Origin: Squalus acanthias
Lineage: Eukaryota
DNA length: 64,000 bases
Direction: 5' to 3'
Assembly: GCA_030390025.1 (NCBI GenBank)
Contig: CM059427.1
Span: forward strand, 186,558,001-186,622,000
Shown: piece after piece, positions 1 to 12,168 of the stretch
Position numbering within the stretch: position 1 is the first letter of the stretch
Layout: each line of letters begins with the position of its first letter
The notes under the pieces: model-generated
Told to the model about the DNA's origin: nothing
Databases searched by the model: none
Seen by the model: only the letters and a program-made list of their open reading frames with translations
Position numbers and translations under genes: made by a program

Positions 1-1115
1 TTTCATCGGTCCACAATTGGCGATCGTGCCTTCAGCTGCCTAAGCCCTAAGCTCTGGAATTCCCACACTAAGGCCGGAATTTTAATTGGGAGGCTGGTTG
101 GGAGTGGTGGGGGCATTGCTAGGAAGCGGTCGGGAAACCCGGGACAGTGGGTTTCCTGCAGGCCCTGGCGAATTTAACGGCAGTACCTGATTAGCATTTC
201 ATAGGTCTATTTCCCACCCATAGCCAGCCAGATAGAGAGGCTGGCTAGCTGCGGGCGGGTAGGCCTGTGGCACTAGGCCGCAGAGATGAGTGAGGGAGGG
301 ATTGGGTTGGGGCTGGCGGATGGTGGGGAGACAGAGGAGGTTTGGCGGCGAGGAAAGCTTCGGGGCCGGAGGATCGATGGGGGTGGGGGGAGGGAATGGA
401 AGCATCTGGGCTGGACGATCAGGGGGAAGGGAAGCATGGGGGCCAGAGCAACGGGGGGAGGAGAGGATCAGGGCTGGAGGAGCATCTGGGCTGAAGGCGG
501 GAGTCAGCGGCCTCGTGTGGTTTTGAGGCCTTGTGGGAGTGATCAGAGGCCTCAGAGCTCGTGGGGAGCTCGGAGGCCTCAAGGGGGGGATCGGAGGCCT
601 CGTGGGGGGTCTCCGATCGCGGGTGTGGGTCAGGCAGCAACGCTGGATCCAGCAAGTAAGTATAAAGGCACTTACCTCCTGGATCTAGCAGTCCTCTCCT
701 TCCTTTAGCTGGCGGGTTCCCCGAGGCCTGAGAAACCCTCCATGGCCTCGCTCCTTCCTATCTCTGTAATCTCCTTCAGCCCCACAACCCCTCGAGATAT
801 CTGCGCTCATCTAATTCTGCCCTCTTGAGCATCCCTGATTATACTCGTTCAACCTTTGGAGGCCGTGCCTTCTGTTGCCTAGGCCCTGAGCTCTGGAATT
901 TCCTGCCTAAACCTCTCCGCCTCGCTACCTCTCTTTCCTCCTTTAAGACGCCCCTTAACACCTACACCTTTACCAAGCTTTTGGGCACCTGCCCTAATTT
1001 ATCCTTATGTGGCTTGGTGTCAAATTATTTTTTTTGTCTTTAATAATCCAGTGAAGCGCCTTGGGATGTTTTACTACATTAAAGGCGCTATATAAATACA
1101 AGTTGTTGTAGTTGT
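1..1115 (+). mobile_element. L2-type LINE 3' end interrupted by a GC-rich MITE-like insert (~72-740)
   Basis: GGRAFCCLGPELWNFLPKPLRLATSLSSFK C-terminus and tail gtgaagcgccttgggatg...aagttgttg; insert begins ggccggaatttt. Confidence 0.75.
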
Positions 1116-1570
1116 TGTACTATTCCATGATTCTAAAGACGCTATATCAATTCAAGTTGTTGTTTTTCGCTTTATGTATTTTTTCACTCTTTGTCAAGTG
1201 CCTTGGAACTTTCCTTTCATTAAAAGTGCTATATAAATGTAAGTATTATTTGTTAAATCTTTGGGGGCTGAGACAATGTCTGAGAAACCACAATCCATTA
1301 TAGTAAGTGTATCTATAGGAAATTGACTTTCGCTCTTTGTTCTATGCAGCTTCTTACTGGGGAGTGTATGTGCTGTGTCACTTTGGAAATGAATCATAAC
1401 TAATAATTTACCTAGGAACATAGGAACAGGAGTAGGCCATTTAGCCCCTTGAGCCTGTTCCACCATTCAATGAGATTATGGCTGATCTGTGACCTAATTC
1501 CATATATTCGCCTTTGCCCCATATCCCTTAATACCTTTGGTTAACAAAAATGAATTCTCTACAGTATTAC

Positions 1571-2030
1571 AGTGTCAGCCGTCACAGAGTTGGTAGCAAT
1601 CTTGTCTCTGAGTCAGAAGGTTGTGGGTTCAAGTCCCACTGCAGAGACTTGAGTGCAAAAATCTAGACTGACACTCCAGTGCAGTACTGAGGGAGTGCTG
1701 CATGGTTGGATCTGCTGTCTTTTGGATGAGATGTTAAAACGAGGTTGTGTCTGCAGTCTCAGGTGGAAGTAAAATATCCCATGGCACTATTTCGAAGTTA
1801 TCCCCGATGTCCTGGCCAATATTCATCCCTCAATCAACTTCACTAAAACAGATTATCTGGTCATTATCACATTGCTGTTTGTGGGAGCTTGCTGTCGCTG
1901 TCGCTGCCATGGTTCCTACATTACAACAGTGACCACACCTCAAAAGTACTTTCATTGGCTGTAAAGCACTTTGGGACGTCCCGAGGTCCTGAAAGGTGCG
2001 ATAGAAATGCAAGTTTTTCTTTCTTTTTAC
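1571..2030 (+). mobile_element. tRNA-derived Deu-domain SINE (SacSINE1/AmnSINE1-like)
   Basis: tRNA-like head with B box ggttcaagtcc, core gtgcagtactgagggagtgctgca...gatgagatgttaaa, L2-like tail; further copies ~17040-18215(-), 22300-22625, 45913-46360, 50363-50760. Confidence 0.75.
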
Positions 2031-2089
2031 ACAGATCGGATTGAGAAGTTGCTCTCTGATTTTAAAATGCTGGTTCTCCTTTCTTGCAG

Positions 2090-2434
2090 GAAGCCAGAAT
2101 TATATCTATTTTTTCCATCAGGAAGGGAACTTTGAATTGAAAGGCCCAGACAATCCTGGAAATGGCTCCATTGTCTGGGAATGGAGACCACACTCAGGGC
2201 AACAAACTACAAAGCAATTGGGAACTTTTCACAGAGAAGATCAGCGGTGGACCGTGCAATGGAGCGAGGAGTACAATAATATACCAGGCATTTCTCAGAG
2301 GATACGTGAGGACTGGGGGACCCTTAATCTGAGAATCAGAAACCCCACCTTTGAACTTGCGGGATTGTTCACCTGGAGTCAGACGCAGCCCAGTAAGAAA
2401 ATCCTGAAACAGTATGAAATATTTGGGCTCAAAG
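2090..2434 (+). CDS. Ig-receptor exon A: V-like Ig domain lacking both canonical cysteines (first exon of the gene visible in the window)
   Basis: ttcttgcag acceptor, AAAG|gtaagt donor, 345 bp, phase 1-1; GSQNYIYFF...IVWEW...LNLRIRNPTFELAGLFTWSQ...YEIFGLK shows V-set strand pattern (C-strand W, LxI, xxGxFxW in place of DxGxYxC). Confidence 0.88.
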
Positions 2435-2659
2435 GTAAGTAGCACAACAAATGGAAAGGATTCAATCATATGATTTTTTGTGAGTAATTCCACAAATATT
2501 CCTAACAGAATGTTGGGATCATGTCATGATCCTCCAGTTCTATTATCCAGCCCAGAATGAATCTCTCATTAAAAACAGCCATTTAGGTAAAAATTCTCTG
2601 TGCATTAGAACTAGTGGATGCACTCAGGGCTAGTAATTTTGATTGTTCACATTAGCACA

Positions 2660-3317
2660 AGAGGCCAGATTCAGAGGAACAGAGAGTTCTTTAGTGGCTT
2701 TAGGGCTGGAGGAGGTTGCAGAAATAGGGAGCGGGGTGGCCATGAGGATTTAAACAGGAAGATGAGAATTTTATATTGGATGTATTGGGGGACCAGGAGC
2801 CAATGTAGGTCGACAAGGACAGGAGTGATGGATGAGAGGGATTGGTGCACGATAGAATATGGGCAGATGATTTTTGGATGAGCTGAGTGATAGAGGATAG
2901 AAGGCCAGCCAGGGGAGTAGTCGCGTTTGGAGGTGTCAAATGTGTGGATGAGAGGTTAAGCAGCAGATGGGGTGAGGCAGGGGAATAGGGTGGGTGATGT
3001 TATGGAGGTGGAAGTAGGTGATCTTTGTGATGTAGAGGATGTGAGGTCAGAAACTTAACACAGTGCCAAAGAGTCTGGTCCATCCCCAGACAATAGCCAG
3101 GGAGAGGGATGGAGCTGGTGGCACTGGTATGAAGTTCGTGGTGAGGGTTGATACGATGCCTTTGGCGTTCCAAATATTTAACTGGAAAATTACGGCTCAT
3201 TGAAGACTAGATGTTAGACAAGCAATCTGACAGCACAGAGGCAATTGAAGGGTCGAGAGAGGTGGTGCAGTGGTAGAGCTCAGTGTCGTGAATATACATG
3301 TGGGAGCTGACCCAATG
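2660..3317 (-). mobile_element. Degenerate L2 LINE fragment
   Basis: Similar to L2 copies at 38560-39530 and 43633-44210. Confidence 0.6.
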
Positions 3318-3349
3318 TCTTTGGTGATCACTTACTAGAATGGTACCAG

Positions 3350-4752
3350 AAGCATAGAAGCATAGAAGATAGGAGCAGTAGTAGGTCATTCGGCCCCTCG
3401 AGCCTGCTCCGCCATTTAATGAGATCATGGCTGATCATCCAAATTCAGTACCCTGTCCCTGCTTTCTCCCCATATCCCTTGATCCCTTTAGCCTTAAGAA
3501 ATATATCTATCTCCTTCTTGAATATATTTAATGAATTGGCCTCAACTGCCTTCTGTGGTAGAGAATTCCACAGGTTCACCACTCTCTGGGTGAAGAAATT
3601 CCTCCTCATCTCAGTCCTAAATGGCTTACCCCTTATCCTTAGACTGTGACCTCTGGTTCTGGACTCCCCCGCCATCGGGAACATCCTTCCTGCATCTAGT
3701 CTGTCTAGTTCTGTTAGAATTTTATAAGTTTCAATGAGATCCCCTCTCATTCTTCGAAACTCTAGCGAATATAAGCCTAATAGACCCAATCTCTCTTCAT
3801 ACGTCATTCCTGCCATCCCAGGTTTCAGTCTGGTAAATCTTCGCTGCACTCCCTCCATGGCAAGAACATCCTTCCTCAGATAAGGCGACCAAAACTGTAC
3901 ACAATACTCAAGGTGTGGTCTCACCAAGGCCTTGTACAACTGCAGCAAGACATCCTTGCTCCTGTACTCGAATCCTCTCGCTATGAAGGCCAACATACCA
4001 TTTGCCTTCTTAACCGCCCGCTGCACCTGCAGGCTTACCTTCAGCGACTGGTGCACAAGGACTCCCAGATCACGTTGCACTTCCCCTTTTCCCAATCTAT
4101 TGTCGTTCAGATAATAAACTGTCTTCCTGTTTTTGCCACCAAAGTGGATAACCTTGCATTTATCCATATTATACTGCATCTGCCATGCATCTGCCCAATC
4201 ACCCAACCTGTCCAAATCATACTGGAGTTTCTCTGAATCCTCCTCACAGCACACACGCCCACCCAGCTTTGCGTCCTCTGCAAAATTAGAGATATTACAT
4301 CTAGTTCCCTCGTCTAGATCATTAATATATATTGTGAATAGCTGGGGTCCTAGCACCGATCCCTGTGGTACCCCACTAGTCACTGCCTGCCACTCGGAAA
4401 AAGACCCGTTTATTCCAACTCATTGCTTCCTGTCTGCCAACCAGTTCTCTATCCAAATCAGTACCTTACCCCCAATCCCATGTGCTTTAACTTTGCATGC
4501 TAATCTCTTATGCGGGACCTTATCGAAAGCCTTCTGAAAGTTCAAATACACCACATCCACTGTTTCTCCCTTATCTATTCTACCAGTTACATCCTCAAAA
4601 AATTCCAGTAGATTAGTCAGGCATGATTTCCCTTTTGTAAATACATGTTGACTTTGTCCAATCCTGTCACTGTTTTCCAAGTGCTGTGCTATTACATCTT
4701 TTATAATGGACTCTAGCATTTTGCCCACTACCGATGTCAGGCTTACCCACTA
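3350..4752 (-). mobile_element. 5'-truncated CR1 LINE (RT C-terminal part + 3' tail) with 32-bp flanking duplication
   Basis: ORFs 3445-4383 and 4420-4728 (GVPQGSVLGP, RPHLEYCVQFWSP), cttctatg tail; direct repeat 3318-3349 / 4753-4784. Confidence 0.93.
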
Positions 4753-5063
4753 TCTTTGGTGATCACTTACTAAAATGGTACCAGGGATGAGGGTCTTCAG
4801 TTAAGTGGAGAGACTGGAGAATCCGGGGTTGTCCTCCTTAGAGCAGAAAAGATTAAGAGGAGATTTGATGGAGGTGTTCAAAATAATGAATGAGCCAAGG
4901 GGGACAAGTGGACATTATCTGGGAAATGTTCATAGTCAGCACTAAGCACGGCTGGTCAGCATTTGTCTGATTGTGTCTGTTTGTAGGAAAAGAAAATTCT
5001 GAATGCAATAGTTCAGAAAGTTTATAGAAAGCTATACTTCACGTCATTTATCTGTTTTTACAG

Positions 5064-5336
5064 TTGAGACAGATTCCCAGAGGCCTATAATGGGCAGTGA
5101 CATCACCCTCAGTTGTACCGTCTCTAGACTCTCAGATACAGTCAGTCTTCACTGGAAATCAAGAGACTCATCTCAGCAGAACAGGAGGAACAACACTGAT
5201 GAGATCCATCTGAATAACACGGTCTATCTGATAGTCAGACACGTTGGAGCAGAAAATCAGAATTTGTACACATGGGAAGTGCAGGAAAATGACTCCATTG
5301 TTCTCACTGGAAACACAAATGTTGATGTGGATCAGA
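5064..5336 (+). CDS. Ig-receptor exon B: C2-like Ig domain (B-strand Cys present, F-strand Cys replaced by Trp)
   Basis: tttttacag acceptor, CAGA|gtaagt donor, 273 bp, phase 1-1; VETDSQRPIMGSDITLSCTVS...SLHW...NLYTWEV...VDVDQ. Confidence 0.9.
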
Positions 5337-5980
5337 GTAAGTCCAGAGCTAGCTTGCAGTAGGTGTTAAATAGTTACTGATATAAAACGGTTACACACAA
5401 AGTACAGCGAGCACAGGCACCACTGTGGGCTTTTACTGCAGAATGTGGTCCTTGTTTTTGCCCTGGAACATGGGTGTAAATATAAAATGGTGACATTAAG
5501 AGCTGATGTAAACAACCAGGTGAACTCAATGGATTCATTTCGATTCACATGTATGAATCAAAAAGAATAAAATCCCTCAATCTATAAAAAGCAACTGCCA
5601 TTCCAGTCTATATTGGAACAGAGAAATACAAACAAATTAAATGAACCCAACACAGGTGTTACAAGATTCAGGTCATTCCTGAGACATTCTCTTGGGTACA
5701 GTGGTGCTGCTCACTCACAAAACTGGTCTGAGTGTCTTACATTTAGTGATGTTCTCATACTGCCCAATATCTGACTATATGACAGCATAAGCTAAGGGTA
5801 TAAGAATAAGACCTCCTTGTGAACTGAACTGATAATTTGTGTCTATCGCACGTGTACTTCTTTAGTCTCTTTGAAAACGGTCCAATAAAAAGCCTTTGGT
5901 GAGACAAGGCCAATAATGAATTGTGAAACTGCTTTAGTTCACAGCGACTGAAGATAGAGAAAGTTATGTTCAGAGACACT

Positions 5981-6269
5981 GGGCTGGATTTTGTCTTGGG
6001 GTCGGGTTGGGGTCGTGTTACCTGCATTTCGTGTTGCCCCCCCCCCCCCCCCGACTCCAGATTAATGTGGATGAATGATGCAATTTTCACTTAATTGGGC
6101 AATTGAGTTCCAGCATGTGGGAACCCATGAACCAATTAGTGGTTTCAGACTGAAAGTCGCCTCTGATGATGTCATCATTGCAGGGACCATCATTGCAGAG
6201 ACTGCCTGGTCTCAGAGATTGCCTGGCATTTGCTGTGAGAGAACCTGGATGCAAAATGAGCAGCATCTC

Positions 6270-6300
<31 letters not shown>

Positions 6301-6772
6301 ATTTTTTTTGCAACCAAGTCCTCCCAGGCAGTCTCTGAAGACATTCAATGCAGCAGCATCAGAGGCGACTTTCAGACCTAATACTACTACTACCTTCATC
6401 ACAATACTACTACTGCCTTCATCACATCTCTGTTGTAATAGTGGACCTGCAGCTGATAGTCAGCTATCCAGTTGTGCTCCCGCCAGGTTTCACTGGCGTG
6501 TTTCACATCAGGCGTACTTCACATCGGAAAAGGGTTAAACTAGCTAAAACGTTGCAAAATGGCATTACAGAGCCAATTTAGGGCTTGTTAAGGGCTTTAA
6601 TGGCCTCTCCCGCCTCTTGGAGGCGGGACAGAGTCGGGAACCCGCGACCGATTTTGTCAAAATTGTGTGGAGGCGGGATGGAGTCGGGATGGGGTCGGGA
6701 CCCCCGAATCTGCAACTTTAACCCCCCACATGCCTCCAAACCCGACTCCACGGGTCATTGAAAATCCAGCCC
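5981..6772. mobile_element. PIF/Harbinger-type MITE
   Basis: TIR GGGCTGGATTTT / AAAATCCAGCCC; 3-bp TSD ACT on both sides. Confidence 0.88.
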
Positions 6773-7019
6773 ACTTAATTCAATCAGTATAAACTGTCTT
6801 TGTGTACAAGAACAAGATAACAAACATCTTGCACTTTCCCACACCAGTGGGTCAACTGTCTGAGTTAAATAAATTAACTCCAACTACCCTCCTACGTACT
6901 AAACTTCTGAGCCTGGCCCAAGCTTGCCCTTGCAGCTTTATGTATCAAGGCAGACTGACGTTGCACCCTTTGATGGACCTGCTGGATTGACTATATCTCT
7001 GTCTCTATTTTATCTCCTT

Positions 7020-7680
7020 CTGGGGCTTGAGCTGGGGCTGGGGCTGGGGCTTGAACTGGGTCTGGGGCTTGAACTGGGTCTGGGTCTGGGGCTGGGGCTG
7101 GGTCTGGGTCTGGGTCTGGGGCTGGGTCTGGGTCTGGGTCTGGGTCTGGGTCTGGGGCTGGGCTGGGTCTGGGTCTGGGGCTGGGTCTGGGTCTGGGTCT
7201 GGGTCTGGGGCTGGGCTGGGTCTGGGTCTGGGGCTGGGGCTGGGTCTGGGTCTGGGGCTGGGCTGGGTCTGGGTCTGGGGCAGGGGCCTGGGTCTGGGGC
7301 AGGGGCTGGGTCTGGGGCAGGNNNNNNNNNNNNNNNNNNNNNNNNNNNNNNNNNNNNNNNNNNNNNNNNNNNNNNNNNNNNNNNNNNNNNNNNNNNNNNN
7401 NNNNNNNNNNNNNNNNNNNNNNNNNNNNNNNNNNNNNNNNNNNNNNNNNNNNNNNNNNNNNNNNNNNNNNNNNNNNNNNNNNNNNNNNNNNNNNNNNNNT
7501 CTGGGGCTGGGGCTGGGTCTGGGTCTGGGGCTGGGCTGGGTCTGGGTCTGGGGCTGGGGCTGGGTCTGGGGCTGGGTCTGGGTCTGGGGCTGGGCTGGGT
7601 CTGGGTCTGGGTCTGGGTCTGGGGCTGGGCTGGGTCTGGGTCTGGGGCTGGGGCTGGGTCTGGGGCTGGGTCTGGGGCTG
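7020..7680. repeat. G-rich hexamer array (GGGTCT/GGGGCT)n containing an assembly gap (N run 7322-7499)
   Basis: Seen directly. Confidence 0.95.
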
Positions 7681-8126
7681 CAACGGGGGCAAAAAAAAAG
7701 AAAAAAATACGGCATGGGTCAATGGGCCGAATGGCCTCCTTCTGTGCTGTAACCATTCTATGATTCTGTTATCAACCCGAGGGAACCAAAGATGCCGAAC
7801 ACAATGGGTATGAGGCATTTATTGATAATCGATTGCTGAGACAGTTTAACAAATTGATTATCTATAGTCCATGGGGAAATAACATCACTTTGACGGGGGC
7901 CATGATTGGGGCAGATGGACTTTGTAGCACAACCCGGCGTTTAAACAATGGGCAGCCTGGGCCGGCAGCCAGTGTATCCGGGTCCCAGCCGATTTCCCTG
8001 TCCCAATGCTGCACTCCCAGCTGGCTTATGCCAGGAGAACGCTGAATGGCCCTGTGGGAATTCAGAACATCTGTATCTCAGCAGCTATATAAATCTAACA
8101 CCTTGTTTCCTGTCTCTCTATTTCAG

Positions 8127-8465
8127 ATTTACGCAATAAGAGTTACACACTTTATCGGTCAGGCACAGATCACAGTGAACTCTCCCTGATTTGTGAAGCT
8201 GAATCTGAGATCATTAAAACTAACTGGACTTGGAGGTCACGTCATTTTCAGAATCAAGAGAAAGAAATAGCTTCTACTTTCAGATCTAAGCCTATCGAAG
8301 TAAACAGGACCTACTTTGGGAGTCGACTGGTGCCCACAGTGGGAAATCTTAATGGCAAGAACTTCAGTGTGAGGATTGTCCCCGTACTGTTTGAAGATGC
8401 AGGAGTTTACACTTGTTCTCTGGGGTTATTGAATTATGTGACCATTAAACTAATCACAGTTAAAG
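8127..8465 (+). CDS. Ig-receptor exon C: canonical V-set Ig domain
   Basis: tatttcag acceptor, AAAG|gtagg donor, 339 bp, phase 1-1; LSLICEAE...NWTW...NFSVRIVPVLFEDAGVYTCSLG...KLITVK. Confidence 0.92.
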
Positions 8466-8506
8466 GTAGGAGACAGAATGCTGCAGGTGTTTTCAATGAT
8501 AAAGTC

Positions 8507-9883
8507 GGGTAGAGTTTCCGCTTTGGGCACAATCAGCGATTCTGTCGCAAGTTGCACTCAAAATTCCACCTGTTTTGAAAAGTTTCCACTCAAACCCATT
8601 TACATATTACATATCGCCGAATCTGAAATCAGCCCTGAACCAGCGCAATCGAGCAGCGTTTTAAAACTTAACGGGGGGAAAATTCGGTTGATTTGCGCCT
8701 TCCGTTCGCGCTCTACAAGGCAACTAGTGCCCAGGCGTGGCGCCGCTAACGCCTCCCGCAAAATTTAGTGGGAGGTTAGCGGTGGCGGTAGCCGTTAGCG
8801 CCCCGCGGCGCTGCGCCTCCAGCGATGACGTCAACACCATGCGCAGCGTCCCGCTCGTCCCCCGGCCGTGAACTTCAGTAGCACCCCCTGACTTACCGCC
8901 AGATGCTATGTCTGACAGGGTCAGGGTCATGGGGGCCCACCTGTGGCCGGGGCAGCGCAAATTAAAGGGGAGGTGCCGGGCGGCCATTTTTGTTGCTGGC
9001 CGCCTGCCAGCACCTGACCCAGCTGGGCTCCGAGTCACACGGAGCAAGCCCCCTCCCCTTTAATAAGGGGAGGAAGGCCTGTAGTACCGCCGCATGTAGC
9101 GCCGCGATATTCACTGGTAGCACCCCAAGAGGGAGGGGGAGCGCTTCTAGTCGCGCCCCACCTCCGTCTTGGGGCGCTACCAGTTAATTTCGGGCGTGGG
9201 GGGGTGCTAACTTTTTCGGGACGCTAACAGTAGCGCCCTGACGAAGTTAGCGCACCAAAGGGGGCGCGACCCAATTTTGCCCCCAATTTTTATTTAAAAT
9301 TTTTGCTTCAAAATGTGTTCCTTGATATATGTAAGAGTGGTAACTTAGTGCAGTTTTATTAATACAGCTGAAAATGGGTTTATCACAAAAAGGAACTTTT
9401 TAAATCACATTGTCCATCTACCACCTGAGTAACTCAATTTTAAATGATTGAAAATGACTTTTAAAAAATGTACAAGACAATTTTCTAGTTAGATTGGGAT
9501 AAAGTAGTCAGTTGCTTAGTAAACTTAAAATTAAATTTCATTCAAAACGTTTCAAAATGTAGATATTAATTTCCTTGTGCCCAAAAATTCCATCTTATTT
9601 CTTGGAGGCTCCTCGAAGGTCTGCAAAAGAGCCCAATTAGTGGAAACTCCTGATGGTGATTAATTCACCCTGGGGGTGTGGACAGTTATGTGGGCAGGGC
9701 CAGCTATGTAGGCGGGGCCTGCTTCTAGTGTGGTGTTTTTTAAACTAGCGCAAAAGATCGTGGAAACTCCAGTTGCGCTGAACGTAATTTGCGCTTAAAT
9801 CTTCCCGATCTTCTGCGCCAGTTATGCCGATATCAAGCGAATCGCATCGAAAAAAACAGCGCAATCGAGCGGAAACTCCAGGT
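8507..9883. mobile_element. MITE-like element with a second GC-rich MITE nested at ~8673-9284
   Basis: Outer termini gagtttccgct / agcggaaactc; inner termini gggggaaaattcgg / cccaattttgccccc. Confidence 0.65.
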
Positions 9884-9920
9884 CTTGTTTAAAATCTAAA
9901 TGATTTTCTTCTTTACCTAG

Positions 9921-10190
9921 TCACAGCTGAACCATCTGATGCAGTGACTGAGGGAGACACCGTTACCCTGACCTGCTCTGTCTCTGATGTCACTGAATCA
10001 ATGAGACTTGTTTGGATCAGTAGTGATGGCAAAACTGTTGAAGAGAAAACTTTTAAGGACCAGAAGCAGGAAGAGGATTTGTTACGGCTGAGTATTCAGA
10101 AAGCTGATAGAGGCAGAAGGAACTGGACATGTGTTTTGTTTCATCAAAACATGCCCAGCGTTTTAATTCCATATTATCTGAAGGTTAACA
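9921..10190 (+). CDS. Ig-receptor exon D: C2-set Ig domain with F-strand WxC
   Basis: ctttacctag acceptor, AACA|gtaagt donor, 270 bp, phase 1-1; VTAEPSDAVTEGDTVTLTCSVS...RLVW...RNWTCVLF...YYLKVN. Confidence 0.92.
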
Positions 10191-10974
10191 GTAAGTGTCT
10201 CAGGTTTTGCTCTTTTAACCTCCATAGAAAGTTCTTGTCACTCACTGCTCTTTTATTATGATAACCTCTTACTTTTCAGATCCTATTGCACTCCACATTA
10301 CTCAGAGTTCAGTCATAGGTGTTCACATATAAACAATTTAACATCAAAAATCAAACTATACAATCAAAGCAATAGAGAGGAGCTAAAGTGGGATTTTTAT
10401 TTTAATATATCTTTGGGGTCCATTACACTCCTGTAAGGAGTCTTTTAAATGTTAAATCCCCTCCTGCCCACTGTAATAAGACTAGATGCCAGTAACAGAA
10501 TGGTTTTCCTTGCATCCAGTGTTGCTCCTCTTTTCATCAAACCTATTAAGTTAAAGGGCCGTCGAAATCAAATTAAAATTTACTGCAGGTTGACATCTTT
10601 TGTCAACCATTGACTTAAAGGACCTTCAAATTAAGAGAATCAAATTAAAATTTTGTCGGCCCGCGAGATGATGCACTCCAGTCCCCGCGACGCCCACCTG
10701 TCCCGGAAGGCCACGAGCTTGCGGACACTGCGTGCTCCATCTCCAGGGCCACCTGGCCGCGGAAGAGAGGCAGGCAATCGGCCCGGACGACCCCCTCGAC
10801 CGCCCGCTGCCTGGACCTATTAATGGCCACTTTGGCCAGGGCATCCAGTGTTGCTATGGTGGGTAATGATGGAAATTGTGACACATTATGTCACTCTGTC
10901 CCTGCTACTCATTTGGATATGAACCACACTTGACCAATGTCACTTCTGGATCAAAATCCTGGAAGTGGCGGTAA

Positions 10975-12168
10975 TTGGCCGGGGAATGATTGGCCAGGAA
11001 TGATTGGCCTTGGAATGATTGGCCAGGGAATGATTGGCCTTGGAATGATTGGCCAGGAATGATTGGCCTTGGAATGATTGGCCAGGAATGATTGGCCGGG
11101 AATGATTGGCCTTGGAATGATTGGCCAGGAATGATTGGCCGGGAATGATTGGCCTTGGAATGATTGGCCAGGAATGATTGGCCGGGAATGATTGGCCTTG
11201 GAATGATTGGCCGGGAATGATTCGCCGGGAATGATTGGCCTTGGAATGATTGGCCGGGAATGATTGGCCTTGGAATGATTGGCCTTGGAATGATTCGCCG
11301 GGAATGATTGGCCTTGGAATGATTGGCCAGGAATGATTGGCCTTGGAATGATTGGCCGGGAATGATTGGCCGGGAATGATTGGCCTTGGAATGATTGGCC
11401 AGGAATGATTGGCCGGGAATGATTGGCCTTGGAATGATTGGCCTTGGAATGATTCGCCGGGAATGATTGGCCTTGGAATGATTGGCCAGGGAATGATTGG
11501 CCTTGGAATGATTGGCCGGGAATGATTGGCCTTGGAATGATTGGCCAGGGAATGATTGGCCTTGGAATGATTGGCCGGGAATGATTGGCCTTGGAATGAT
11601 TGGCCGGGAATGATTGGCCTTGCAATGATTGGCCGGGAATGATTGGCCGGGGAATGATTGGCCTTGCAATGATTGGCCGGGAATGATTGGCCGGGAATGA
11701 TTGGCCTTGGAATGATTCGCCGGGAATGATTGGCCTTGGAATGATTGGCCGGGAATGATTGGCCGGGGAATGATTGGCCTTGCAATGATTGGCCGGGAAT
11801 GATTGGCCGGGGAATGATTGGCCAGGGAATGATTGGCCTTGGAATGATTGGCCTTTAAATGATTGGCCGGGGAATGATTGGCCTTTAAATGATTGGCCGG
11901 GGAATGATTGGCCTTGGAATGATTGGCCGGGGAATGATTGGTCGGGGAATGATTGGCCTTGGAATGATTGGCCTTGGAATGATTGGCCGGGGAATGATTG
12001 GTCGGGGAATGATTGGCCGGGGAATGATTGGTCGGGGAATGATTGGCTGGGGAATGATTGGCCTTGGAATGATTGGCCGGGGAATGATTGGTCGGGGAAT
12101 GATTGGCCGGGGAATGATTGGTCGGGGAATGATTGGTCGGGGAATGATTGGTCGGGGAATGATTGGCC
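10975..12168. repeat. Minisatellite of 14-15-bp units, core GGAATGATTGGCC, about 80 copies
   Basis: Seen directly; explains the repetitive ORFs at 10905-12446. Confidence 0.97.

Noticed and set aside
1276-1302. ATG...ATA|gtaagt as the leader exon
   Set aside because: MSEKPQSII is not hydrophobic and ends in phase 0, incompatible with phase-1 exon A.
1575-1645. tRNA gene
   Set aside because: tRNA-like head of a SINE, continuous with Deu core and tail; no proper cloverleaf.
6924-7818. GL/WV/PQTQ-repeat ORFs
   Set aside because: Simple hexamer repeat plus N gap.
10280-10318. Possible 39-bp phase 1-1 stalk exon after exon D
   Set aside because: Weak donor (gtgttc); exon D already joins the TM exon in frame.
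10975-12168. Possible CRISPR-like array
   Set aside because: No unique spacers, units only 14-15 bp, vertebrate context, no cas genes.
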